Under the pieces are notes generated by a model. That model was not told the origin of the DNA. It searched no databases and was given only the letters and a program-made list of their open reading frames with translations. This document shows, piece by piece, positions 1 to 10,636 of a stretch of 64,000 nt of DNA. How positions within the stretch are numbered: position 1 is the first letter of the stretch; each line of letters starts with the position of its first letter. Source of the stretch: Cyanophora paradoxa CCMP329 (lineage: Eukaryota > Plantae > Glaucophyta). The stretch lies in assembly GCA_004431415.1 (NCBI GenBank), contig QPMI01000535.1, positions 310,001-374,000 on the forward strand. Direction: 5' to 3'. The translations under genes were made by a program, and so were the position numbers.

Positions 1-465
1 CGGCGCCTGTATGCACGACCGGATTTCTTTGGATATACATATTTGATGCACCTATTACAGGTGCTACTATGGGCACATCCGAATTAACGAGATTGCAAGT
101 GATAGAAAAAATGGTTTTGGGGGCATACAGATTGCAATCAAAAGTAATCGTGGCGGGATCAATAGTAGGATCGACATTTGAACAGATCTGAAACATCCAC
201 CCACCCACACAGTTGCAATTTAAATTGCGAAAAGCTGTGCCTGCCATTGCATCCACATAGCCAATCCCATTTGCAATGTCATAGATGTGACCAAACTCGT
301 AACCGAAAATGTCATTCCATAGGTTAGAAGCCATAGCTCCCATCACATAGCCTTTTAGATTAACAATTAGGTCATTGGATTCACTGGTATATTGGCATGG
401 GTTATATAAAATTGATTATCCAATACAGCATTCTTTACTGTCGTTTCTACTATGGGTTCCGTCAT
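1..465 (-). CDS. Viral hypothetical protein, partial (runs off window), one apparent frameshift near 377
   Basis: ATG at 465 (MTEPIVETTVK...). Adding one C at ~377 continues as NDLIVNLKGYVMG... open to base 1. TCN/SN motifs resemble the adjacent fibre gene. Confidence 0.55.
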
Positions 466-475
466 TATTTCTCTA

Positions 476-3400
476 TTATGGCATTCTACAAAAATTAAGG
501 TCGCATTGGAGAAGCTCGTATGTTCTGCCCTCTCGTTGTGCAATTTCCGCCATAAAGTCTGCATTTTCATTCATTATTGATTCAGCCATTCGTTCTGCTC
601 GTGATTTTTTGGGTGCTGCCCTACTTGCTGGTGGTTGATCAGTTCTCACAACACTAAGACCATGCCCCTCGGCTGACCTCACCTCTAACCCCACATCTCC
701 TTCGGCTGTTTGGGTCACATTAAGCTCTGGTGTTGAGTATTTATTACCTGCTCCTGCAATGGTTCTGTCTATGCAAGCACAACATAGAGCTCGGAATTTG
801 TATGCAAGCACAAGTCCAAGAGCACCGAGAATCGGCAAGAGAATGAGAAGCACTAACGTTCCTGGATCCATTCCTGGCGATCCGACTGGATTTGTAGGAT
901 TTGAGGGATTATTAGGTGTCGTGTTCGGATCTGGATCAGTTGTAGGGGATCTTTTGAATCGGGATCTGGCTTAGGTGTGTTTGGATTGGGATCGTTTGGT
1001 GGCGGTTCTGTCGACCCTGCTAATGATGTCGGCGCTGTGTATGCATTCGCAAACACGATGGGAGCCGTTGCTGGATTTCCTGTTGAAGACCCTGTAATTG
1101 CACCATAGGTATCTGAGAGATATTTATATAATTCCTTTGTCACAGGTGGATTGCTCACAGATCGGCACACCCAAATATTGCATGTAGTATCATAGACTGT
1201 GTCCCTGATAAATGGCGGTAGAGCTGTCCCACTAAATGACTCAAAGAGCCCATTTCTCGATAGCAACCTATGGGCTGCATCACAGTTCCCACCCTCGAAA
1301 TATTTGGTAGCCGAAATTGCACCTTGCACATAAATATTGCAAGTCGAGTGCATTCCGATGCTATTTAGGTTGGGAGTGTATCTATCATCGAGCCGGACAG
1401 TGCACACCCATGGGGAAGCGGTTTTAATATATTTCTTATCGCCCACTTCGATTACATCTGTATTTGGGTGGCTGTCAAGCTGAGTCCAAACAGCATCATA
1501 CCTGAAAGTGTAATAAACTAAGAGCCCATCAGTAGAGGATGTGAAAGCAAAGAAGGTCATAAAGTCCGTGGATCCAAAGAAGTCAGCATTGGTCGATGTT
1601 AGGGTGACTCTGGGATAGCTCATATCCACAGTCTCAGAAGGATATGGAATATAAGAGGTGTAATTGCGATTGAACAGGTAATAGTGAAATCCATCTGAGA
1701 CATTCGAGTGAGTGGGCAAGGTGACTGTTAAGGTCTTACTGCGATTTTCAAACGTGTTTTGTATGACAATATTGCAAGTATTAATATATCGAGAATCGAA
1801 AAAGTAATTATTTGTGACACTGTTATTGATCAGAGTCGCATTGGTTCCATTAAATACGAAATTCTGCCCATTTATTCTCGTAGTATGGAGGTCGGTCACA
1901 TCGAGAGGATACCTTATTTTCAAGCGGTCTTCGGGGTCAAATCGCGGAATAGTTCCTGTTGCCTTCCAATTGATAGTAAAGGGAGGAGAAAGGGACACAG
2001 GTGGGATCGCTGAAAGATTAAATTTCGCAAAATACAACCCAACAGGATATGCTGTAAGAGCATATGTCACTGTTGCATTTCCGACAAGTGTGAAGCCGGT
2101 GGTTGTTATGTTAGTTGCAACAAATGGGGAGTAGCCGGCTGGTGCATTGTTAATAGAGGTGGTCGACCCATTATTGATCACATACAAATTCGTGTCAGTT
2201 ATTTCAATAGTAGGAGGGGAAACAAATGGTGTCTCAAATGTGAAATTAAAATTCGCTGGAACCGCTGCAAGGTATCTATATGTTGTTGCTGATATCTCGG
2301 ATGCCTGGAATACTTTGCTTCCCCTCTGCACTACATTACTGGTGTCTTTCACATTGTGATAGGATATACTGGGAGTCGGGGAGAGCACCAACGAAATAGC
2401 ATCTGGTAAATCAGACTTTGTAATATACAGCTCTTTAAGATACTCCTTTTTGAAAGGGGCGGTCAGATCTCCAATAGTAGCCGATGACCCTGCGACCACA
2501 ATATTACAGGTGTTTGCATTCAAAGTATAAACTGTGTTCCACCTCAAAGAATTCGCCCCAAGATCGAAATTCTGTGAGAAGGGCACGATATTGCTACCTT
2601 GTAAATCTCGGTAAACCTTCACTCTGGGTTTGCTATCGAATTCAGGGGTGATATAATTGATGTTAAGAGTGAAACTAATAGTAGCTTCGGAACTCAATGA
2701 GTTGTTTCGGATGATAAGTAAATTGTATGTCTCGTTAATGACAAACGAAACCTGAAACCCTGTGGAGGTGACATTTTGGATAAATGCTTTATTAGATTCA
2801 TTATTGTTATAGATAGGATTATAATAAGTAGTGTGATCCACCAATGAAACAGTGGGTATATTCGTCTCGAAACCTGTGACACCCAACTGATCCCAAGTGA
2901 ATGTATATGTAGGTTTGCCTACGTAAGCGACATAGACCCCATTTGCGAGCTGCTGAGGGTATCCCTCGACAGTGTAGGTCTCAGTTTGCGAAACCGAGCG
3001 GGAAAGGTTACTATTATAGTCGGTGTAGCTGATCAGTGCATTATCATTGGTAAGAATCTGATTAGGTCGGACTGAGTGATTGAAAGGCAAGATTATGTTA
3101 CTTGTTTTTGAGGTCGTGCTATAAAGGTTAGTCGTGTGCAAGTCATCAAACCACCCATCATAGGCATACACATTGAGCCATTTCTTAACAGCATCAGTGT
3201 TAGATTGCCCGAGATTAAACTGATGATCGAGCAAAGGCACCAAATCGCGGGATAAATACATGATCGCATCAGTGATGGTGATAGCCCCTGTTAAAACAGC
3301 GAGCCCTGCCGTGTTTGCTGCGGTAGCAATTGATAAACCCGAGATTTCGAGATCCTGGGCTACATCTCGCTCGTTTCTTGTGAATCGCTCACTATAAAAC

Positions 3401-3819
3401 TCCTTTACAAGGTCGACCCCCATGACCTCAATTAAATGTGGTCGAGTGAGTGTAATATTGCTTGTGATGCTCTGCGAATATTTAACAGGATCCCATTCTA
3501 CGACAGCTGTCAGTGGGATGGGGCGGGCTTTATTGATTTCGTGCTGAAAGGTTCGCACAGTGGGGAAATTGCTGCCAAAGAATGCAACAGGCGAGCCCCC
3601 ATGATAGATAACGAGGGCTGAGTTATCAGTGCCATAGGTAAAAGGGAGATTGCTGGTGATATCAATATATTCAAGGTTGCTCTGATTTAATAGAAAGTCT
3701 TTTACCACAAGGTTCGAAGATATGGTCACATTGGAAGCGGTAATGTTACTGCTGAGCTCGAAACCGTCATCCAAATACAAGGTTTCCCGAGTGATAAAGG
3801 GGAGATTCGTGATACTCAT
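476..3819 (-). CDS. Fibre/spike-like virion protein with C-terminal transmembrane segment (ORFs 853..3819 and 476..871 joined across a frameshift near 946)
   Basis: SN/TCN repeats; two fibre-type P..(F/Y)xLG....W..VY motifs; two H-lectin-like segments (VTSTGF, ITTTGF...INWKATG). One added C gives a P/N/D-rich stalk leading into LVLLILLPILGALGLVLAY and CCAC. Confidence 0.7.
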
Positions 3820-3837
3820 TTGTAATATAAGATTATT

Positions 3838-4812
3838 TTAACCCGATAGCACCTCTAATATAAAGCTGTGATTAACGCCATTAAAGTCGACTACATTATT
3901 GTAGGCATCGAGCCATTTAATTGTGAGGGTGTCTATATCATAAGCCTGATCGTGGGAATTAAAGAACTCCACAGTATCGATTCTGCGGAATGTCAGGTAG
4001 TAAACAAACGATCCCAAGGGGCTGGTTAGTGGGATCTTAGCGAGGTTTGCATTTCCGCCCTCATCTGTCTTTGCTGCTACCATATACCTGTCGTAAAAGG
4101 GAGTAAACTCTTTAATTTGTAGGTAAACATAGGGGGTCGGATTTAGATTAATCGCATTCGGGAAAGTCACTGCATGTTCGAGAGGGAATGGAAGCACAGA
4201 TATTCCGGCGGGGTATTTTGTTTTGCCCTCATAGGCTTGTAGAAATGAGTATTTTGGATTGCTGGGTGTGAGGGGTAAATAGTCTACCGTGAGATGCTCT
4301 GAATCCTCACCAACTGGAATTGTTTGATAAATATCCCCTTTGATCATTCCATGGAACCTTGCAAAGTCGTCATGTGCACAGCTCAGTGTGAGGGGAATGC
4401 TCGAATAAAACGTAATTTTCATAGTCGCTGGATTATAGAGCCACTTGTAGTAGACTGTGACGCTTTCGCTTGTGAGAGGGTTTACATCGACAAAGCTGCC
4501 CGAATAGCCTAAGTTCTTATTACCATATCCCCAAATCGCGGGGGTGTAGTTCCCAATATCAGGGAAAGGGGAAAAGGTGATGCTGTTCGTCATTCCCTGT
4601 ATGGTCACGCCTCTGGAATTATCGGTGACAGCATAAATCGTGTTTGGGAGCTCGGCGCTCGCAATGCGCACCCCTTTTACGTTCAGAAGTCGCTGAGAAA
4701 GCTTTACTGTATATTCTCCCGGATGCCCTGCACTGCGCTCAATAGAATCGATATTAACATTGACCCTCGTAAACTTGCCATTATAGAAATCGTTAACTGG
4801 CTTCCGAATCAT
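3838..4812 (-). CDS. Minor capsid (penton-like) protein A
   Basis: N-terminal IDSIER...YTVKL...NVKGVRIASAELPN and C-terminal LAKIP...LTIKWLD...VDFNGVNHSFILE, the NCLDV/PLV penton pattern; homologous to 53142..54032. Confidence 0.8.
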   Translation of the reverse strand: MIRKPVNDFYNGKFTRVNVNIDSIERSAGHPGEYTVKLSQRLLNVKGVRIASAELPNTIYAVTDNSRGVTIQGMTNSITFSPFPDIGNYTPAIWGYGNKNLGYSGSFVDVNPLTSESVTVYYKWLYNPATMKITFYSSIPLTLSCAHDDFARFHGMIKGDIYQTIPVGEDSEHLTVDYLPLTPSNPKYSFLQAYEGKTKYPAGISVLPFPLEHAVTFPNAINLNPTPYVYLQIKEFTPFYDRYMVAAKTDEGGNANLAKIPLTSPLGSFVYYLTFRRIDTVEFFNSHDQAYDIDTLTIKWLDAYNNVVDFNGVNHSFILEVLSG

Positions 4813-4839
4813 TTTTATTTCCTATTAATAAAGAATAAA

Positions 4840-6126
4840 ATGCGCGAGTATCTCAGCATCAGTAGCCGTGATCGATCAGAGGGCTCGGCTCATTCCTATA
4901 AGGTGACCCTTCCAAAGCAATACCACAATGTGAAGAGCATCGCTGTGCGACAGATCGAATTTTCCAACACGATTCCCACGGTTCCAAGCCCTCAATTCTA
5001 TACTGAGATCGGGGAAACGAAAGCCGATGATGCTAATACGATTTTCATATCATTTCCTTACCGATTTTCGAGCGGTCAGCTGAATGGTGCCACTCAGGAA
5101 ATCAGAGATTCACAGGCAACTGCAATATATGACGCTTACAAAGCCATAGATGCTGGCGACCAAGGCAACTATATACCGCCTGATTACCTAAACACTTTCA
5201 GAAGATATACCCGATACAGAGACGTAGCAATTACGATCCCTCCGGGCACATACTCGACTGGAACCGACCTTGCCACTGCAATCGATAACATCTTAACGAA
5301 AAATGGAACTGGCAACTACATCAAGGATATGATCGACACAAAAATTAATCCAAGCTACGCATCGACAGGAGGAACCTTTTACCCGGTGGTGAGATGTCGT
5401 TTTGAGAGCACATTAAATGCTATATGCTTTTATTCGAGTGATTATGTCTACATAGCTTTCACGAAATATGGACCGAGTAATGCCACTGCGTCTACTGCGA
5501 ATGAAAGAAAGGTGCTCGCCTATCGCACGATGACTCTTCTCGGGTTTACATCGATCAGAGAGAATATAATGATAGATCAATACAACGGATCGGGCTACAC
5601 AGCCTTCGCTGGGAGCGGTGTCGTTTACTCAGCTGGTGATGCATTCCGCAATTATAATTCGACGGCTCTGGTCTTAGGCATAGCCGGAGGCACTGCCCCG
5701 GATTATACACCGGATAATGCAATAGTTTTAAAGATCACAGAGCCGGACTGCTCGCTTTTTACGACATGCACCGAGGCTACTAATGGATTCCTCGCTAAGA
5801 TCCCGATTTCGAAAGGCACAGCCTATGCTGATGCTGAGCTAATTAATTATGGGGCGGATGCTTTCACGAAATACTTTAACACCCGCCTCTCCTTTGATAG
5901 TTTAACCGTTCAAATTCTCACGGAGAGCGGTTATAGGTATTTCCTCGGAAGCTGCGAGCACACATTCATTTTGGAAATTACTATGGGAGTGGATGAGCCC
6001 GACGACGATTTACAGCGCATTGTTAATAAGGGATTCGCGAAAATGCTCTATGAGGACTACCCGCATTGCGGCAATTTAACGAATGCGTTGAGCGGGGTGG
6101 CTGTAAAAAATAATCCGTTCTTCTAA
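4840..6126 (+). CDS. Minor capsid (penton-like) protein B
   Basis: ISSRDR...YKVTLPKQYHNVKSI, IPPGTY, FLAKIP, HTFILEI; homologous to 54060..55016. ATG at 4840 preferred over 4723. Confidence 0.8.
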   Translation: MREYLSISSRDRSEGSAHSYKVTLPKQYHNVKSIAVRQIEFSNTIPTVPSPQFYTEIGETKADDANTIFISFPYRFSSGQLNGATQEIRDSQATAIYDAYKAIDAGDQGNYIPPDYLNTFRRYTRYRDVAITIPPGTYSTGTDLATAIDNILTKNGTGNYIKDMIDTKINPSYASTGGTFYPVVRCRFESTLNAICFYSSDYVYIAFTKYGPSNATASTANERKVLAYRTMTLLGFTSIRENIMIDQYNGSGYTAFAGSGVVYSAGDAFRNYNSTALVLGIAGGTAPDYTPDNAIVLKITEPDCSLFTTCTEATNGFLAKIPISKGTAYADAELINYGADAFTKYFNTRLSFDSLTVQILTESGYRYFLGSCEHTFILEITMGVDEPDDDLQRIVNKGFAKMLYEDYPHCGNLTNALSGVAVKNNPFF

Positions 6127-6159
6127 AATAAATTTCTCAGCGGAAGATAAAAACGAAAT

Positions 6160-7608
6160 ATGGATCCCACGACCTCGCTTAGCCGCCTCACGCTCAAATC
6201 CGTCCTCGAAACCCCGGAGGATTACAAGAGCATGCTTTTGGATCGCGGATTTATCGTGGGTGTGGACAAACAATTCAAGCCTTCTCGTGTGGAGGTGCTC
6301 CCAATTGCGGATCCCGGCAATCTGTTCTCCTCTACTGGTGCTACCACTCGTGTGGTCTTCTATCTCCCTCGCTACAATTGGTGCAATGGTATTAGCCTCC
6401 AAGTTACCATCCCGTCGGCGAAGGCGCTAACTGCCATCGCCAAGACCTCTGCTGACTGCTCGGCTGATCTATTCAATACTGGTTTCGTCCGCGGGCTTCC
6501 TGGCTCGTTTGTTCAGCGAGTCAGCATTAAATACGGGTCGTATGAGCAAATTATTCCGGCTGAGCGCCTGGTAGATTACGCTTTCCTGGCTAACACTCCG
6601 GCTGAATTCGATCAAAAGAAGCGCAAGCATGGGCTACATCTCGGACCGAAGGTAGAGGGCGGCAACCAAGCTGGCGGCATTTTTACCATGCGAATTCCGA
6701 GCTTCCTCGATGCTGGCGTGCCCATCGGTGCGCTCCCATCCGAAATCGCGGTCGAAGTATATTTCCAAACCCCTGCGCTGCTCGAAACTGCGGCGGTTCC
6801 TGGCGTTTACGCTCAGAATAACGCTGCTGCAATTACTGCGACCAATTCTACTGATGGCGAGACAACGCTTGCTCAAGCGGCTGCTTTCGGAAATATTAAG
6901 ACCTTAGCTCACTCGGGTGCCACTGCGATTTTCGATAGTGCGGCTCTCACACCTACACCTGCACTTGCGAATCTGGAAATGACGACCCCTCGTATTGTTA
7001 TGGACGCTGTTAACATCGATGAGGAAACGATGGGCGAAATCATTACTCGTGTTAAGACCTCTGGCATCGCCATCCCATACACTGATATTCAGTTTGCGGA
7101 TTATACCGGTCAAGCTCTCGGCTCCGGTCTCCGCCTGTCACTATCTCAAATTTCTGGACTTGTTTACGCACTTGTTGTCAAGATTCGCGACGAAAATGCA
7201 CTCGGCGATAATAAAGGAGGGCACTCTACTGTCCGCACCCTTGCCTTCGATGATAATGTCGTGATGCAAGTTCTAAATAACAACAATTACTTATATTCTA
7301 ACACTGGTGTCCCGCTGCAATCTGCGGCTATGGAGCTCGCCGATAAATTCAAGATGACCAACTGGATCGATAGCAACAAGCGCCCCATTTACACTGGCTT
7401 CTGCTTTGCCCTCGATGGTAAAGCGGCGCTCAAAGGTGAGAAGGCGACTGGCTACGTCGATCTAACACAATCCGCGTCGAGCTTCCTGCTGCTCACACCC
7501 AATGGCACACCCCTCGCCACCTGGACAAAGGTCGGTGTTCAGATCTCGGCTTACTGCCACAATATTCTTGTGATGAATGCCAATGGATTGTCTCGCGTGA
7601 CGGCATGA
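6160..7608 (+). CDS. Major capsid protein (double jelly-roll)
   Basis: 482 aa, between penton and ATPase. FYLPRYN, TGYVDLT and YCHNILVM motifs echo NCLDV-type MCPs; clearly homologous to 55058..56446. Confidence 0.85.
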   Translation: MDPTTSLSRLTLKSVLETPEDYKSMLLDRGFIVGVDKQFKPSRVEVLPIADPGNLFSSTGATTRVVFYLPRYNWCNGISLQVTIPSAKALTAIAKTSADCSADLFNTGFVRGLPGSFVQRVSIKYGSYEQIIPAERLVDYAFLANTPAEFDQKKRKHGLHLGPKVEGGNQAGGIFTMRIPSFLDAGVPIGALPSEIAVEVYFQTPALLETAAVPGVYAQNNAAAITATNSTDGETTLAQAAAFGNIKTLAHSGATAIFDSAALTPTPALANLEMTTPRIVMDAVNIDEETMGEIITRVKTSGIAIPYTDIQFADYTGQALGSGLRLSLSQISGLVYALVVKIRDENALGDNKGGHSTVRTLAFDDNVVMQVLNNNNYLYSNTGVPLQSAAMELADKFKMTNWIDSNKRPIYTGFCFALDGKAALKGEKATGYVDLTQSASSFLLLTPNGTPLATWTKVGVQISAYCHNILVMNANGLSRVTA

Positions 7609-7682
7609 GGACTGTCGCGGGCAAAATTTGATGTCATTTTTAATCCTTTGTCTATTTAAGGACAAGACGATTATAAGATTTA

Positions 7683-8405
7683 ATGGCGTATCTCGAACAA
7701 ATGGAAGGGATCAGGCGAATCGCTTTGTGTGGAAAGCATGGCGAGGGCAAGTATGCGCTTATAGATGAAGCCGATTATGATCATGTCATGAAAATAAGCA
7801 AGTGGTATTACCATAACCAACGGGGATATGCATGGGGTTACATTGCTGGTGTAAAGAAAAACATCGACATGCACAAATGGATTTTCGGACATCAACAAGG
7901 GCACTTTGTTGATCATATCAGTAGAGACAAACTCGATAATCGTCGCTGTAATCTTAGATTCTTAACACCGCAAGACAGCGTATTTAATACAGGTATGAGA
8001 AAACGAAACAAAACTGGTTTCAAAGGTGTTTTCCAAGCGAAAAGAACCGGTCGGTTCAGGGCAAATATTCAAAAAAGTGGTGTCCCATACAATTTGGGAA
8101 CGTTTGATACAAAAGAAGAAGCTGCTGCCGCTTACAACCAAAAAGCAAAAGAGCTATTTGGAGATCTTGCTGTTTTGAACGAGGTAAACCCTGAAATTAA
8201 ACCAAAACCTCCTCTTTACTCACTGAATACAAGTGGATTTCGTGGTGTAACTGAAACAGCGACTGGAAAATGGGAAGGATGCTTTTCATATAAGAAACAG
8301 CGGTGGAGAAAAGTGTGCAACACAAAGGAGGAGGCTGCACTTTTCTACAACTCAAAAGCCAAAGAAATTCTCGGTGATAAAGCGATCCTCAATGATGTTG
8401 AGTAA
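7683..8405 (+). CDS. HNH endonuclease with two AP2 DNA-binding domains
   Basis: VDHISRDKLDNRRCNLR (HNH); GFKGV...LGTFDTKEEAAAAYN and GFRGV...TKEEAALFYN (AP2). Confidence 0.9.
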   Translation: MAYLEQMEGIRRIALCGKHGEGKYALIDEADYDHVMKISKWYYHNQRGYAWGYIAGVKKNIDMHKWIFGHQQGHFVDHISRDKLDNRRCNLRFLTPQDSVFNTGMRKRNKTGFKGVFQAKRTGRFRANIQKSGVPYNLGTFDTKEEAAAAYNQKAKELFGDLAVLNEVNPEIKPKPPLYSLNTSGFRGVTETATGKWEGCFSYKKQRWRKVCNTKEEAALFYNSKAKEILGDKAILNDVE

Positions 8406-8454
8406 ATAGAGGGCTGTGGCGTTTCGTAATTTTTATATCTTTCTAATAAGGGAA

Positions 8455-9126
8455 ATGGATATACAAGATCTGAGTGAGTTTGACCCGGCAAGTCTTTCAT
8501 TCCCTTGCCGTTTACTTGCTGTCGGAAAAACGGGAGTAGGTAAGTCAGTATTCTTAAAATACCTGCTTTACCACAACGAGGACAAGATAGATTCGGTGAT
8601 GATATTCGCTTCCACGATCTGGAACCATCAATATGACAATGTCACATCGTATTTGTATGAGGATTTCGATCATAAGCTGATCGACAATATAATACAGAAA
8701 CGCAAGGAGCGAATCAAGAAAAAGGAGAAAGTCGGTAACCTGTTAATCATACTCGATGATTTCATTGACAATCCAAGTCTTTCGATGTCAGGAAGAGGTG
8801 AACCTATATTAAATCAGCTATTCACGTCGGGGCGCCATTTATTCATATCTGTGTGGATTCTGTCACAAAAACTCACTAAGATTTCGCCGACACTTAGGGT
8901 TAACTCCGAATATATCTTTCTATTCTCGCTGCCCAACAGAAAAGAGATGGAGAGTGCTGAGGACGAGTTTAATCCATACGAAAAGCATTGGTTTGAGAAG
9001 GTGATGAACGAATACAGTCACAGCTATCAGGTTATCTGCATTGACAACTCGAAATATAGCCTGGAATTCTCTGTGGGCAAGGCTGATCCGGTGCCTGACG
9101 AATATAAATTCAAGCGGTTCTTTTAA
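8455..9126 (+). CDS. A32-like (FtsK/HerA) genome-packaging ATPase
   Basis: Walker A GKTGVGKS, Walker B LIILDD, GRH motif, SQ...RVN. Confidence 0.92.
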   Translation: MDIQDLSEFDPASLSFPCRLLAVGKTGVGKSVFLKYLLYHNEDKIDSVMIFASTIWNHQYDNVTSYLYEDFDHKLIDNIIQKRKERIKKKEKVGNLLIILDDFIDNPSLSMSGRGEPILNQLFTSGRHLFISVWILSQKLTKISPTLRVNSEYIFLFSLPNRKEMESAEDEFNPYEKHWFEKVMNEYSHSYQVICIDNSKYSLEFSVGKADPVPDEYKFKRFF

Positions 9127-9132
9127 AAAGCG

Positions 9133-9366
9133 GTGGAAGAGATAAAGCCCGCTGGTAAACAGCCGGTAAAACAGAGCTCCACAGAGGTAAATGGCGACCA
9201 ACCCCAAACCACCGATATAACGAAACCTGTGAGTGGAAACGTCGCCACCTTAAAGCGATCCACCAAAAGAATAATCGAAGCCGACCTACTTAAAGACCCC
9301 AATCTATTGCTGGCATACCAAGAAAAGCGCCGCCCAAAATTTGCAAAGAAATTGGGTAAATTTTGA
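9133..9366 (+). CDS. Short basic ORF, in frame with the ATPase (possible C-terminal extension)
   Basis: Same frame as the ATPase, separated by one TAA; no ATG; the element-2 ATPase has a basic tail. Confidence 0.35.
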   Translation: MEEIKPAGKQPVKQSSTEVNGDQPQTTDITKPVSGNVATLKRSTKRIIEADLLKDPNLLLAYQEKRRPKFAKKLGKF

Positions 9367-9389
9367 ATAAATTTCTCGCATAATGATAA

Positions 9390-10061
9390 ATGCCACCCAA
9401 GAACTCGCGGAAAGCTATCCAAATGGAAGATCAAAGCGCTGTTGTCGCTGGCAAGATTAATCCTGCGGAGGATGCCGGTCGCACTGGCGGTGCTGCCGCT
9501 TCTGACCAAATAGATTTCGATCTGATTGACCCGAATACAAAGGTTTCAGAGCGTGCTCAAAAGGCGGATGCTAAGCGGGAGCCGGTCGATTCCACTGATA
9601 GAAAGCTGGCGGATCAATCCCTCGCCGAATCACAGCTCACAGGCGAAAAGCTAACCGATAATAAGGTGGTAAAAGCCGAAGCAACAGCCGCTTTACCTGC
9701 ATCGATGGAAGCCCCTAAAAAGCGGGCATCTGTCTATGTGACCAAGGGCGAGAAAGTCGGTCAGGAATTAGAGGAGAAGTTTAGGGCGCTGGAAGCGCGA
9801 CTGGCTACCTACGACACTACTGTGAGAGCCTTTGATGATTTTACCAAGGACTACAAACAGCGCAAGCTGATTAAACAGGCTGTTCGAGTGGAAATGGAAA
9901 AGAAGCGGGCAACTGTTCCCGATATTCAGACAGTCGAGAAAAAAGAGACAGTCATAGCTGAAAATGCACCAAAGCCGGGCGGTTTCGTTAACCCATCGGG
10001 TGTGCATGCACAGCCGGGTGCCAATCTGTCATCTATGTTTGGTGGGCGTCGTCGCTTCTAA
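9390..10061 (+). CDS. Conserved viral ORFan, coiled coil, ends MFGGRRRF
   Basis: Syntenic homolog 57232..57864 (EKFRALEARL vs AKLRDLEARS; GGRR tail). Confidence 0.75.
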   Translation: MPPKNSRKAIQMEDQSAVVAGKINPAEDAGRTGGAAASDQIDFDLIDPNTKVSERAQKADAKREPVDSTDRKLADQSLAESQLTGEKLTDNKVVKAEATAALPASMEAPKKRASVYVTKGEKVGQELEEKFRALEARLATYDTTVRAFDDFTKDYKQRKLIKQAVRVEMEKKRATVPDIQTVEKKETVIAENAPKPGGFVNPSGVHAQPGANLSSMFGGRRRF

Positions 10062-10261
10062 TGTGCAAGTCGTTCAAACATAAATGAATCCGCCCGTATT
10101 TAGAGCGGGTCTTAATATGAATTCCCTTGCAATAGGGACAGGTCGGCTCCACAAACACCATTATAAGGTCGACTAATTCGTATGGGAACACACGAGCAAG
10201 TAACACCCTCATTCCCTTTTCTTTTCTCCAATATTTAATACGTTGTGCAATATTAGGATCT

Positions 10262-10609
10262 ATGAATTTCATCACGCAATGCATTGAGATGTTTCACCTG
10301 CATTTCACAAGCACGTGCCACAACTCCTGCTGCGACACAACCGTAGAGGTTGACATTTCGGACGAGGATAATGGAGGAAGGCGATTATCTGTATATTCCA
10401 ACCACAGCGATAATCACGATCGTCCCCGATCTCGATCGCCCTCGCCTGTGCCCGCTGACTCCAATATAATCCCACAGGTAGCAATAGAAGACGTGCAAGT
10501 ATCCTATATAAGACGCCGGTCGTGCCCTAATTTCGTAGAAGGTCATATTCGCGTTGATTCGCCATATCCGCCAATTAATCCGCTTTATTTGGGCGAATAC
10601 GATCGCTGA
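10262..10609 (+). CDS. Small conserved protein with Cys/His N-terminus and Ser/Arg/Pro tail
   Basis: MNFITQCIEMFHLHFTSTCHNSCCDTT matches 43325..43693 MDLIRRCLDMFHLHITSNLKSSCCETT. Confidence 0.75.
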   Translation: MNFITQCIEMFHLHFTSTCHNSCCDTTVEVDISDEDNGGRRLSVYSNHSDNHDRPRSRSPSPVPADSNIIPQVAIEDVQVSYIRRRSCPNFVEGHIRVDSPYPPINPLYLGEYDR

Positions 10610-10636
10610 AACAATTTTCGCGGTAAATAGTATCGA

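Noticed and set aside
4723-4839. Longer N-terminus for penton B
   Set aside because: Overlaps penton A; the homolog in element 2 starts at the position equivalent to 4840.
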